Assembly: GCA_964016885.1 (NCBI GenBank)
Contig: OZ024741.1
Location: 184,326,001 to 184,390,000, forward strand
DNA length: 64,000 bases
Source of the DNA: Eledone cirrhosa
Lineage: Eukaryota
Reading direction: 5' to 3'
Under the pieces are notes generated by a model that ran no database searches, was not told the origin of the DNA, and was given only the letters and a program-made list of their open reading frames with translations. The translations under genes and the position numbers were made by a program. Below are positions 11,769-26,410 of this stretch, piece after piece (positions within the stretch are counted from its first letter, which is position 1; every line of letters starts with the position of its first letter).

Positions 11769-12428
11769 TCTATATATATAAAGCTGTGGTTGTCTGTCTG
11801 TCTATCGATTTTTGGCACACATCTCCTCTTAGAATCTCTGACGGAATTGCACCGAAATTGCTATACTTGTACATTGAACCCTAGCGAAGACATCGGAAAA
11901 AAATATTTCAAATTGACCCACCCTATGTGACGAAATCGAAACTAATGTATCGATTTTTGAGCGTAAGTGACGAGTTATTTCCCTTTGTTCTGTTTACATT
12001 GAGCGTCTTACGTTCTGTTTACATTTTCTGCGTGCAAAAATTAAAAAAATTACGCTGGCTTTCTCAGCGTTTAAAATGACATTAACACAATACACGAACA
12101 GTTGTCGAGCCAGCAAAATTTTGACCTGCAAAATTCATCAGTTCGAACACTAAGCTTCCGTTTTGCTAAATTTCCATTTAAAAGCCTTTTAAAACAATAT
12201 TTTTACTTGAAAACAAGTCTATTTAAAGACTACGTAAAACAAGCAAATATTTCGTAAAAAAAAAGCAAAAATTATATAAGTTTATTTAAAATATATGTAT
12301 CCGTAAATTTCGTTAGGCGTGCAGACAGACAGTCGTGCAGACAGACTTTAAGCCAAAAAAGAAACTTAACATTGTAACTTTAACACAGCTACTGAGCTAC
12401 CCCGAGCAACGCCGGGCTTTACTGCTAG
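11769..12428 (+). mobile_element. Non-autonomous Helitron
   Basis: 5' TC, subterminal hairpin CCCGAGCAACGCCGGG, 3' CTAG, inserted between A and T; near-identical ends to 34738-35721. Confidence 0.9.
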
Positions 12429-13274
12429 TTATAAATAAATTAGTAGAACGAAAATGACAGAGGTTATTGAAATCAACAATAATTAAATAAATACATACAC
12501 GCATCCACCGTACATACACATGCATACGCGAAAACACCCCCTGCACGTACACGTGCACACATACATAAACCCGCGCGACACCTGTACCCGCACACATACG
12601 AACGTATACACCAAATACATACAAAAAAAAAAATATATGTGTGTGTGTGTATACATATAATTATAAACGTATATAAATATACACACATAAATACGTATAT
12701 AACACACGCACACACATACCTACAGTTAAATACACATATTTTCACAAACGTACCTCAACCAAAACACAACGTACACATATGCACACCTTATATACGTGCA
12801 AACACGCATACACTGACAAACAGAAAATACACATATACACATAACCATATACACATCTACCAGTATATATAATATATTATATACACCTATAACAAATACA
12901 AGCAAATATAGGTACGAGAAAGTATACGTACCTTCACAAAACATATGGGTAAGGTATACTTACCTATACAAATAAGTAATAGCATAAACATAAAATATAC
13001 TTAGCTACCACATCAAGACGTAAATTATCCGCGTATTGTTCGTACTATCCGTTAGGGTATAATGTGGGGCTGAAATACAGGAAAGTTTTATGCAATTTAT
13101 ATATACAGACTCATATATAATAATTGTTTCTACTTTTGGCACAAGGCCAGCAATTAACCAGTTCATTACTGGTACTTTATTTTATTGACTCTGAAGGATG
13201 AAAGGTGAAGCTAACCTCGGTGTGATTTGAACACATACACACACCCACACCCATATATACACACACACCACCCC

Positions 13275-13345
<71 letters not shown>

Positions 13346-13499
13346 CGCAGATACACACGTATATATTTATAATCGAACAGATGTTCTGAAATCGTATGTC
13401 AGTCGGAAATTATGCTGCATGTTTGCATTTTAAACGGACAGAAAGGCAGCATGGTGTAATCCTACAAGGTATGTAGGTGGTAGAACATTTGTGAATGTA

Positions 13500-13536
<37 letters not shown>

Positions 13537-13540
13537 CGTA

Positions 13541-13585
<45 letters not shown>

Positions 13586-13848
13586 TAGGTGTTGGTGACA
13601 GAAAAATAAAAGGAAATAAAAAAGAAATATAAGGAAAGTAATGGCGGGGGGAAGCGAAAGAGTGAGAGGAATTGAGAGAGTGGGAATGAAAAACCAGGCA
13701 GAAAATGGAGACGAAAAGGGGAAAAAGTGCAGCTTGTATCGCCAACCGACTAATTGATATGGCTGCATGCTTGAATGAAAAATCCGTTGGTGACGTTGCC
13801 AGCACTTCATGTGCGCCTACAAGGTATGTATTTTATGTATTATGCATG

Positions 13849-13963
<115 letters not shown>

Positions 13964-14501
13964 GTTTCAAAACATACTTACTTGCCATATATATATATAT
14001 ATATATATTTTATTATAGTTATATATATATTATATTATTATAAATATATATGTATATATATATATATATAGGAAAATGTTCAATATGTATATATATATTA
14101 TATTATATTATAAATATATATATTATAAATATCTATATATATATGTGTGTATATGTGTATATTTATGTTTATATGTATATTTATATATGTATTTATTTAC
14201 CGATAAAGATCTGCGTGTCTATAAGTGGAGGTATGCTTATATGACTACGTTAATATCTATGTATGAATCTATGGACGTGTAAATGCATAAAGTTCCCTTA
14301 TATATATATATATATATTTGTGAAAATATGAATAAATTGTCTCCTCTCCTTTTACTCTTGTCATTTTCTCGAACACTATTTAGTGTGTAAGTCGCGATAT
14401 AGAAAGTGGGATAGAAATCAAGTAAAATAGCACGTGTATGTTGCATGTGTCCGTATGTATATCTGCCTTTGTGCGTGTGTTTTTGAGAACGAGAGAGAGA
14501 G

Positions 14502-14619
<118 letters not shown>

Positions 14620-14623
14620 CACA

Positions 14624-14656
<33 letters not shown>

Positions 14657-14764
14657 ATAGAAGAAGTTAATATGCCCACGGGTACTAAGTACCCTTAGAA
14701 ATATATAGGTTGTCTATGATTTAAGGTTGTTCTATGGTATTAATTTGACATACCAGAACTATAA

Positions 14765-15168
<404 letters not shown>

Positions 15169-15404
15169 TAAGAAGATGGATGCAGTAAGAAACTTGTTAG
15201 ACCAATACTCATTATGTACTCCATAGTAGATTATGGTTATATGTGAGACTCAGGACCTTGACGGCTGAAATCTTGCTGTTTCAACAGTCTCCAGTCTGGA
15301 ACTATATATATATATACGTAGGTCCCGGGTCGAGTCGGGGATAACCACAGTAAGTAAGGTACTCAATACATGGCAGAGTAACATTTTTTTTATTTTGTAG
15401 AAGG

Positions 15405-15450
15405 AGCTTCTACAGAACTAGTACTGTTTCATTCAGATGAAATCTTCAGG
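15405..15450 (-). ncRNA. Hammerhead ribozyme (inverted copy)
   Basis: CTGAAGA tttcatctgaat GAAA cagtactagttctg TA gaagct. Confidence 0.75.
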
Positions 15451-15514
15451 AAAAAATCCCCCCCTCCCTTACCACTACCTAAATGTATAAATACCAGAAC
15501 TTAATATGACACCC

Positions 15515-15565
15515 AGCTCCCTGAAGATTTCATCTGAATGAAACAGTACTAGTCCTGTAGAAGCT
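15515..15565 (+). ncRNA. Hammerhead ribozyme, canonical core
   Basis: agctcc CTGAAGA tttcatctgaat GAAA cagtactagtcctg TA gaagct; predicted cleavage after 15559. Confidence 0.85.
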
Positions 15566-15758
15566 CCTTCTATAAAATAAAAAAAAAATAAAAAATATAT
15601 ATATATATATAAAGCTAGAATCAGTTTTAAACAATTCAGGCCTTTATTCAACAGGGTACTTGATACTTGGGATAGTAGAGTGTGACTATATTAAAACGCA
15701 TAGGGCTCGACGCTGAGCCCTTCCTATCCCGACTGCTAATTCCAGATTGGAACTATTT

Positions 15759-15843
<85 letters not shown>

Positions 15844-15886
15844 ATGATATTAAATAAATGGAAACTATATTTATAAAACCATATTT

Positions 15887-15945
15887 ATTCTATTATATAT
15901 ATTTCAAGGGTACCAAATCTTTGGCACGCTCTCATCAGATAAAAT
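15887..15945 (-). ncRNA. Hammerhead ribozyme, canonical core
   Basis: attttat CTGATGA gagcgtgccaaa ga tttggtaccctt GAAA tatata TA atagaat; same 3' tail as the 30.8/33.1 kb arms. Confidence 0.85.
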
Positions 15946-16341
15946 ACAAAGTTTGTTTTATAAATATTGACCTGGATAGTAAAGGAAAGAAGCGAAAGAG
16001 AAGAAAAGTCAACTATTTCAAATTATTAAGATGAGTAAGCAAATGTGGTTGAGGTATAGGGCTGAAAAAACCCCTTATTTTTAGACGCTGGGTAGATTTA
16101 AATAATTATTAGGATATATGTATGTGTATGAAGAAGAAAGAGAAAGAAAGAAGAGCTTGTATATACGTTAATTTAAAAAGAATTAACAGTTTGTAGGAAC
16201 AGTGGAATATGATTCCAGAATTTAAAAAAAATTATTTAGCTATATTATGAGTTATAATATTGTATATATAATCAATTAGATTATATGAAGAATTATGGTT
16301 GTAATTACATTTTATCTTATTACATTACAACAGGTTGTAAG

Positions 16342-16372
<31 letters not shown>

Positions 16373-16519
16373 ATTAATAATTGTGCAATAATAATTGTTT
16401 ATATTTCTCATATGAGTTACGAAGGATGTTGATTTTACATTTTACATAAAAAAATATTGAATATTATACTCCAGAAAACCTGCCGAGTGCTTTGAATCAG
16501 TTATAATATCCTTTTTGCT

Positions 16520-16544
<25 letters not shown>

Positions 16545-16551
<7 letters not shown>

Positions 16552-17332
16552 TATAGAGAAAAATACTGCAGGTAGCACATGGTAACATGTAATAAAATAA
16601 GTCCCTCATCAGTGATTTGCCGAAGATCATAGATATTTCATTGCATTAAAAATCATATATCTCACTTCGGTGCAATAATAACCAAAATAAGTTATTAGGA
16701 CAAGTAAAACGCGTAAAGCGAGTGAGACAGGAGAACAACAGAAAATATAGCATACCGTAGGGGAGAAACAAGCTTCAAAAATTATTCTGTTTAGCATAAG
16801 CTAGGTGAATATATGAGCGCTTAGAGAATAGTACCAACACGAACGAAGGCTATTGAGCAGAGAGAGAAAAAATAGCGTTCGTGAGTGCAGGATGAAATGA
16901 AGAGAAGAGGGAGAAAAACAGTGAGTGAGTGAAAGTGTGAGGAAGAGTTAACGGACAAGACAGAGGGGGAGAAACAGAGAGAATGGGGGAACAGTAAGAG
17001 AGAGAGAAAAAAACACAGAATCGCAGTGGTAAATATATGTATTAAAATATAGAGAAAAATACTGCAGGTAGCACATGGTAACATGTAATAAAATAAGTCC
17101 CTCATCAGTGATTTGCCGAAGATCATAGATATTTCATTGCATTAAAAATCATATATCTCACTTCGGTGCAATAATAACCAAAATAAGTTATTAGGACAAT
17201 TAAAACGCGTAAAGCGAGTGAGACAGGAGAACAACAGAAAATATAGCATACTGTAGGGGAGAAACAAGCTTCAAAAATTATTCTGTTTAGCATAAGCTAG
17301 GTGAATATATGAGCGCTTAGAGAATAGTACCA
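16545..17332 (-). repeat. Direct repeat of about 290 bp (16545-16836 and 17041-17332), pseudo-LTR-like, with truncated HHR core
   Basis: Near-identical copies; each has CTGATGAGGGAC on the minus strand without the GAAA half. Confidence 0.75.
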
Positions 17333-17336
17333 TACG

Positions 17337-17396
17337 AGTCAATTACTGGGTTCTATTTAATCAAATTTCCGCTCGTGTCTAAAGTAGAAATCATTT

Positions 17397-17472
<76 letters not shown>

Positions 17473-17531
17473 AAATGATTTCTACTTTAGACACGAGCGG
17501 AAATTCGATTAAATAGAACCCAGTAATTGAC
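17337..17531. repeat. Inverted duplication of a SINE tail around (TA)n
   Basis: Arms of about 63 bp flank a (TA)n tract of about 70 bp. Confidence 0.85.
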
Positions 17532-18131
17532 TGGTACTATATTTTATCGAGTCCGGAAGGAGAAAAGGCGAAGTTTACATTGGCAATTGAGTGTGTAAGG
17601 GGGGAATAGAGAGAAAGTGAGGAGGGTGAGGAAATGTGTGTGTATGAGAAGAAGAGAGGGAGAGAGTAAGGTGAAAGAGAGAAAGAAAGAGAGAAATGGA
17701 AAGAGAAAGAAACAGAGAGAGCGAAAGACATAGAGAGAGAAAGAGAAAAAATTAGAAGATTGATATAATTAGTGGCAGATTTTTATTCGCAATATTGGAG
17801 CGTGATTTTAGTAATTAGGTGAACATAGAGTTATTTATTGAAGGACATAATGACGACGTGCATTTTTAATCTTTGGTGTATTTCTGGAGTCCAAACAACA
17901 AAGTTTCATGACCATTTAACTTCGCAGTTTTAACATCGCCATGAAATTTCTGTTGATCCCATTCACTGATTTTTCATTAAATTTTCATGTTTACCTTTTC
18001 TTTCACCATTTCATTCATTCACTCTTCCTTCCTGCTACAAACGTAGCAGGATTTTAATTTTTTTTCTACACTCTCTACCACCTTTTGACATATCTGTCAA
18101 TACATACATATATATATATACACTTCCAAAT

Positions 18132-18164
<33 letters not shown>

Positions 18165-18196
18165 ACACTATTAACGAAGATCGGTGGTATAAATAT

Positions 18197-18298
<102 letters not shown>

Positions 18299-18452
18299 GT
18301 ATATAACACTATTACCCCAAATCGCTGGTATAAATACAGCGTACTTCGGCCAGCGTCTAGCTCACTCAACAAATCTAGTGAATTGCAGTTATGCAGCTGC
18401 AATACCCTGTTCAGAGAGCACACATTTAGTTTTACTGTAGAGCGTTGGCTGT

Positions 18453-18524
<72 letters not shown>

Positions 18525-18768
18525 ATACGGAGAGAGAAAGGGAGATTTATTGAAAATGAACCTAGAGTTTGAAGATTTAACGACGCTGTCAACTTTTTCC
18601 GTCCAATAATTTTTATGCCCAATTTATTAGATTATATTTCATAGTATAAAATAAAATAAAAAATACGTGTGTTGAAGCTTCTAACTATAGGTTCATTTTT
18701 AATAAATACATATGCGCTCAAAAAATAGATCATTTCATGCATACACACAAGCACACACAGACACACAG

Positions 18769-18802
<34 letters not shown>

Positions 18803-19351
18803 ACACACACACACACACATACACACACATATATATATATATGAAATAATTGTAGTGAATATGAATTACAGATGAGTCCTGAACATGTCCGTTGGTTTCA
18901 CCAGCTGGCTATCAGGCAAGATCTACACCTTGCAACATTGACTTTGTTACCCAACTCTTTGCGTATTTTACATCCTACAGATCCCGATGGGGGTCGACTT
19001 CACTGTTCATCCCTCAGGCTATAAAATAAATACCAGTCAAGGGGCTTATTTATTCGAACTCTGGATTGTTAATTACTAACTCCTTTAAGAGGTTGAGAAG
19101 TAATGTGTTTCTCGGGGAAATGTGTCAACAGAATGTAAACATAGTCTAGAGTCTCAGATATGTAATATGAACAGTTGGAACACAACAAATAAGGTGATAT
19201 CTCTAAAAAGATTAGTTTATCCTAATGTTTTGACAATAAATCAGCATTTGTACAAATTATGCATGACGGTGCCCGGGGGTAGTTTTTTCTGCCAAATGTT
19301 AAATAGATAAAATGAATAAAACGAGAACTTTTGTTTGGCTCTTTACAAATA

Positions 19352-20645
19352 TTGGTTTCTGATTTAGGCACAAGGCGAACAATTTTGGTTGAAGGGAATA
19401 TCGATTAAATCAACCCCATTGTATTAATGGTGTTTTATTTTATCCAACCCATAAGGATGAAATGCAAATCTAACCTCAGAGGGTTTTGAACTCAGAACGT
19501 AAAGGGACGTAACTATATACTGCAAAGCATGGTGTCCGAACCTCTACCGATACTACCAATAATGGTTTTTGATTTAGGCATAAGGTCAACAATTTTAGAG
19601 GGAGGGAAAGTCTATTAAATCGACCTAGTGCCTTACTGCTCCTTTATGTTACCGATCACGTAAGAATGAAAGGCAAAGCTAAACTCGTCGTCATTTGAAC
19701 TCAGACCCTAAAAGACCGTAAGTCTATGCAGCAAAGCATGGTGTCCCACATTCTACCGATACTGCCAATCCATCGCCCTAATAATAATGGTTTCTGATTT
19801 AGGCACAAGGCCAGCAATTTTGGGGAGGAGAAAGTCGATTAACTCGACCCCAGTTCCTTACTGGTACTGTATTTTATCGACCTTGCAAGGATGAAAGGCA
19901 AAGCTAACCTCGGCGGGATTTGAACACATATAACATAAAGGAACGTACCTCTATGCCACAGAACATGTCAGACAATCTACAAATACTGCCAATAATAATA
20001 AGATGAATATCTTCAAATTGAGGCACAAATCCAGCAATTTCTGGAAATGGAAAAGTCGATTAAATCGACACCATTAGTTGACTGGTGGTTTACTTTAACG
20101 AAACAACATGACGACATACAAAGTTGGCTTCGACGGTAAACAAAGCTCAAAACTTAGAGACAGAACAAATACGACAAAGTTTGTTTTCCGACGCTTTAAC
20201 AGCCCCAACATCTTCATCTCCATTTAGATTTTGTCAATCAACCCATAATGATAATCATTGTTTCTGACTTAGGCACAAGGCCAACAATTTTAGGGGAGAA
20301 GAAAGTCGATTAAATCAACACCAGTACATTACTGGTGCTTTATTTTATCGACCCCTTAAGGATAAAAGGCAAAACTAAGCTCGGCAGGATTTGATCTCAG
20401 AACGTAAAGGGACGTACCTCTATGCTACATAGCAAGGTGTCTGACGTTCTAACGATACTGTCAATGCGCAATAATAATTGTTTCTACTTTTGGCACAAGG
20501 CCAGCAATTACCCAGTGCATTATTTTATCGACCCCGTAAGGATGAAAGGCTAAGTTAACCTCAGCGGGATTTGAACTCAGACCATAAAGGGCCGTAACTC
20601 TTTGCTGGAAAACATGGCGTCAGACCCTCTACTGATACTGCCAAT
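19352..20645 (-). mobile_element. Head-to-tail cluster of about 6 SINE copies
   Basis: Units start near 19352, 19561, 19785, 20010, 20258 and 20472, all in one orientation with differing divergence. Confidence 0.85.
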
Positions 20646-21448
20646 CAATAATAATCATTGCTAACTTAGATACCGGACAAAACGTTTGTAGGGCGGATAT
20701 AATCAATAAGGAAAAGAATTTGCTGTTATTAGAGTGTTGCAGTATTTTCGGTGGTGATATTTGAAGTGCCAGTTCAAAGTGATGAATTAGTGGTTTTGTT
20801 AGAGCATCGGGTAAGACGCTTTGCGGTATCTGTTCTAACCGTTTGCGTTCAGCATTCAAGTTTCACTAAAATATTTAATTACCCTCATCGGGTGCATCCC
20901 GTCCAAGTAGCTCTAAAAATCAGCATAGATGATGGGAATCCATCCAGCAGGGTTTCAAAAATGGTTTAATGGATAGTTACTTTAATCGACTCCATTATAT
21001 TTGTCTGGTAATAATGTTATCACCTCCCGGAAATATTCACATCAACATCTCTATAAATTAAGAATTAAATGAGTGCCTTTTACTTAAATATTTTTAAACA
21101 AGTTTCTCCCGCTGCCTTTATTTTTCCGTTTTACAACCTTCCTCTTCCCAATTGAAGAGTATCTTATCTTTTTTTTCTGGTTCGAGGCTGTAATTATTTC
21201 TCCCTTCCTCTCTCAAGTTTAGCACCCACCTCCTTCTTTCTTTTCGTACACAACATTCGCATCATCCCCCTTCCTCTCCCAGCTTCTCGGTCTTCTTCCT
21301 CGCTTACTCCCCATTAATTCCTCACGGCACTTATACTTTTGTATGTTGCATGTTATGTAATACATACAAGGAACTACAGGAAACTGTTGTTGGTCTGTGC
21401 TGGCAAAGATTAGTCTTTGGAGAGCATAAATTGCAGTGAGGAATGAAG

Positions 21449-21564
21449 AATGTAATGTTTCTGATTCTTGTTCTTCGTCTGTGAATGGAAAAATCCCCTT
21501 AAAACGGTCAAACTGTCAAAAACAGACCAAAAGAAATACCACTTGCAACTACTACTACTCATAC

Positions 21565-21610
<46 letters not shown>

Positions 21611-21709
21611 TGCATGTGGTATTTCTTTTGGTCTGTTTTCGACCGTTTGACCGTTTTAAGGGGATTTTTCCATTCACAGACGAAGAACAAGAATCAGAAA
21701 CATTACATT
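21449..21709. repeat. Inverted duplication (about 110-bp arms) around (TAG)n
   Basis: AATGTAATGTTTCTGATTCTTG...ACCACTTGCAACTA versus TAGTTGCATGTGGT...CAAGAATCAGAAACATTACATT. Confidence 0.9.
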
Positions 21710-21723
21710 ACTACTACTACTAT

Positions 21724-21774
<51 letters not shown>

Positions 21775-21778
21775 CAGC

Positions 21779-21821
<43 letters not shown>

Positions 21822-22029
21822 CCTTCTCAAAGTTTCTAATTGCGTGTTATCTTCGGGCTTTTTTTCGTTTTTTTTCCAGACATCTGTCTGTACCATCCGC
21901 CTCTATTGTGTCCCATCTGGATGGGGTAGCCCCCCTGATGTTAACTGGGTGGGTGGCATCGGTATTTACTGCTTACATCTGTTATTAAAACTGGTGGTTA
22001 TTCTCTCTATCCATCACTTCCTTCTTGTA

Positions 22030-23749
22030 GTATTTGTTCCCGTTCTTTACGTTCTGAGTTCAAATGTTTGCCTTTCATCATTTCGAGGTCGATAAAATAA
22101 AGTGCCAGTCAAGCACTACCGTCAATTTAATCGACTTCAATCACCCTCCTAATTACTGGCCTTATGCCTAAAGTAGAAGTCATTATTATTTATTTCTGCG
22201 GTGGATTGGCAGTATCGGTAGAGGGTCGGACGCCATGCTTTCCAGCATAGTTACGTCCCTTTACGATCTGAGTTCAAATCCCGCCGAGGTTGACTTTGCC
22301 TTTCATCCTTACGGGGTCGATAAAATAAAGTACCAGTAATGTAGTGGGTAATTGCTGGCCTTGTGCCTAAAGTAGAAACAATTATTATTTAATTCTGCTT
22401 AAGTTGGCGGATTGGCAGAGTCATTAGGACATCAGAGAAATGTTTAGTCGTATTTGCTCCAGTTTTTTATGTTCTATGTTCAAATCCAACCGATGACAGT
22501 TTTGCCTTTTATCCTTCCGATGTTGATAAAATAACGTACCCAAAAAATGCATGGCCCATTGCTTAAATTAGAAATCAATTATTTGTTTCTGATCTATTTA
22601 GCCATTTAAAAGTTCGACTCTGGGACTTCATTGAGGTATTTGTGCTAAAGAAAAAGCTAATGGATCCAAACTGTAAATATTATACTTGATATACACATTG
22701 AAATAAGACAACTAGACCACAATCACCTTTACAAATGCTTGGGAAGAGATGAAACATAAATTACAGCACACGGAAATGAAAAAAATGCTATAGAAGAGTC
22801 AATTGTTTGATAAGAGAGAGAATCCGAAAAAAAGGAACCTAATGCTAGCAATATGATAGTTGGCATACATACACTAGCCATCCTAATGATAAGCTGGAAG
22901 TGAAGTGAATTGAAAAGTTCAAACAGGAAAAAAAGAGAAATAAATATATAAATAAAAATTAAAATTAATTAGAAACAACAAAAATCCATCACCACCCAAA
23001 AAATCAAAGAATAATAACACTTTTCACTGATTCACTCATAGAATGTACTGGAGAACAGCATCACACTCTGGATTCCTATATTTCTCCATATTCTATTTGA
23101 AGAAGTTACGGACGGTTTATCCTTTTTAACATGAATTCTAGGACAGAAATTTGAAGGGAGCAAAACAGTGAATTATATCGAATACGGCCAACCCACCCGA
23201 TATTGTGAAGAGCGGGATCATATCGATCCCAGAACTTGACTAGCACTTTATTTGAAAAGAGGAAAGGCAAATTCGAGCATTGCTAGATTTTAAACTCAGA
23301 ACGTAAAGAATCGTAACATAATGATTTCTGATTTAGGCACAAGGCCAACAGATTTGGGGAGAAGAGGAAAGTTGATTAGGGATATGGTCAACGAATTTGA
23401 TTAAATCAACCCCAGTTTTTGACTGCTACTTCATTTCATCAATCTCGGAAGGATGAGAAGCGAAGTTAGCCACGGTGGGATTTCAACTCAAAACATGAAA
23501 TGATGTAACTAAATGCCACAGAGCGACGGTTTATCGATTGGACTATTCCACCATTATTTTAGTGGATTGGCAGTATCGGTAGAGGGTCGGACGCCATGCT
23601 TTGACGCATAGAGTTATGGCCCTTGCCATTCTGAGTTCAAATCCCGCCGAGGTTAACTTTGCCTTTCATCCTTACGGGGTCGATAAAATAAAGTACCAGT
23701 AATGTACTGGATAATTTGCTGGCCTTGTGCCTAAAGTAGAAACAATTAT
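22030..23749. mobile_element. SINE cluster: + copies 22030-22185, 22197-22388, 22404-22580, 23562-23749; - copies about 23140-23550
   Basis: B-box GAGTTCAAATCCC plus family core and tail; 22197-22388 is close to consensus. Confidence 0.85.
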
Positions 23750-24632
23750 TTTATATAGCGATTTACTGATTCAGTTAATTTCTGTCCTTAATAATAATAG
23801 AAATAACAGTATATACTAAATATTAATAATATTTCTAACATTCTTTGTAACATCGTTTAGTTTATTCGAGAATAGTAATAATAATAATAAAAATTATTAT
23901 AGTAATGATGATAATTATAAGACAAACGATAAACAGCTATAAAACCCTTCACATTCTTATCAGCAAAACATATCGAACTTCAATTTTGAACTATTATATT
24001 TGGAATTCAAACAATATGTCTGTGATTCACAAATAATATTCAGGTTTGTCTCTACAATTTTACTGTTATTTTTATTTTCATTTAAATTTGTTTTCGTTTT
24101 AGCTAATTTTATTTTGTTGATAGTTTTACTTTTATATTTCATCGTCAATGACAGGGTCATTAGCTTAATCTAATATAGCAGTTTTCAGATGATCGAACAG
24201 GGAAAGGGTTAGCAAATAGATTATTCAAAGAATCTCAGTCAGTACTTTTACAACAACAATGCCATTCAACCATACAACCAATTCCCACCTTTCCCATAAC
24301 CTTACTCATAATATTGTTATTGATTCTGTATTTCGTTTTGCCAATCTTTTTCTTTATTCCCCTCTTTATTCTTCTTCTTCTTCTTGTTATTATTATTATA
24401 GTTTTATTTGTTTTTGCAGTTTTTATTATCTTTTTTATCTTACTGTTTCTAAGTTTTAGCAATCCAGAGCGTTATTCCAGGATTTGGCCGGAAGTTGGCC
24501 TAATTGAGTTATCACTCTGCGTTCGAAACGTGCTAGCAACGGCTGGCACTCTATAATCAGTGTCTGAAGCATCATAATTATTTTTCTGCCTCCAAATCTG
24601 GAGAGATAGGGAAAGAGGTAACAAAAGCAACA

Positions 24633-24699
<67 letters not shown>

Positions 24700-25371
24700 C
24701 TTTCTCCCTCTCTCTCAAACACAAAGTAATAAAAATATAAGAAAATATATAAAGAAAACTAAAACTAGAATGAAAATATAAAGTAGTGATAGAAGTGGTG
24801 ATGGGGGTGACAGTCGTGGTGTTGGTGGAATGGTGGATGAGGGAATCCCGTTTGTTCTGTTAATTACTTAGTCGATAGACTGGAAAAAAAGTATTCGTTG
24901 TATCTTCAGTTCCTCTTCAGTCTCTCCATATTTTCGCGCTCTTCTCTGCGGCGGCTTCCATATTTAGCAACCCACTATGTTTGCTTTGACAACCTAATCT
25001 TCTGAATGTATCTAGTATATTCCACCACCTTCACCTACCCCCACGTACTGCGAACTACACAGCAAACTCAACTCTCAGCCATATTGATATCGATTCAGAC
25101 ATTAATAGCTGTTTCATCCGGCGGCTCTTTTATGAATGTGTATATTACTCAAATATGTACGTGTATATAATATACATACATCCATGTGTACGTGGGTACA
25201 TACATACGTATGTGGGTACATACATGCATAAACAGAAACATACGCATAGCCAATGTATGTATAAAATGCAGAAACACTGGTAATTAGTGACTGCGTCGTA
25301 TGCACATATTTATAGACTACATTTATTCACAGGCATACATACACACACACATATATATATGGGTGTGTATG

Positions 25372-25412
<41 letters not shown>

Positions 25413-25849
25413 GTTTATGCTTAAGTCTGCCTACGTTTATATGCCTATGTGTTTATATATAGATGCATATATGTGCATTTTTGTGTTAGTGTATGCGCAT
25501 GCTTTTGCATTTGTAAGCATGTACACACACATAAATGTGTATGTGCGTGTGTGTGCGTATCTGCGTGTGTATGTGAATATGTTTGTGTGTCTATCTGCGT
25601 GTTCATTTAGGAACATCTATATGTAAGCAGACAACGACACTGATTTGCGTTATAACAAGTTTAGAATGTGGACAGACATGATGTCCGCCTAATCGATTCT
25701 TTACTGCAAACATACACATATATTTATCTGATAAAACTCATCACGTTAAAATATCGTCACTGTACCATTGTATCAAGCGTAATTGCTGATTGTATCATTG
25801 ATGGGGTGAGAGAGCCGACGGCTGTGTAATGGTGGATTTAGTAGATCCA

Positions 25850-26410
25850 TGGACACTGCAGATTTTAGTTGTGTCATTTTATATACTGAGTTCAAATTCT
25901 GCCGCAATTAATATTGAGACATCATCCTTCAATGATCGATCTAAAAATATGCTAATAAAATATTGAGTCTGATTTAATCTATGATATCTCATGCACCCAA
26001 AACATGTAACTTTGTGCAAAAGTTAGAATTCAGGAATGTTCGTTAGAGTGTTGGACAAAATAACTTAGGATGATTGATCATGCTCCTTTACGCTCTGAGT
26101 TTAAATCTTGTCTATGTTAACTCTACTTTTTATGTTTCCAGTGTCGATAAAATACAGTAGCATTCAAGTTTTGAGGACTATAAAATCGCATAACTCCTCA
26201 AATGTTGGCCCTCGTAACAATGTTAAACATTTTCGTTCAACAAACATTAATTTTCAACAGAAATTTGCATTCAACAAAATGCCTGGCAGTATTTGGTCCG
26301 GCGTTGTACGTCCTGAGTTGAAACCCTGCCAAAGTCGACGTTACCTCTCATCCTTTCGGAGTCGTTATATAAACAACCAGTCACGTATTGTGGACGGTAT
26401 ACACAATATC
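25850..26410 (+). mobile_element. About three old, diverged SINE copies
   Basis: CTGAGTTCAAAT-like box followed by degenerate TCATCC..GTCGATAAAAT core. Confidence 0.6.

Noticed and set aside
18325-18420. Possible minus-strand hammerhead (CTGAACA...GAAG)
   Set aside because: Both core strands are mutated and stem I does not pair
22197-22290. tRNA gene
   Set aside because: A/B boxes belong to a SINE head; no cloverleaf or T-run terminator
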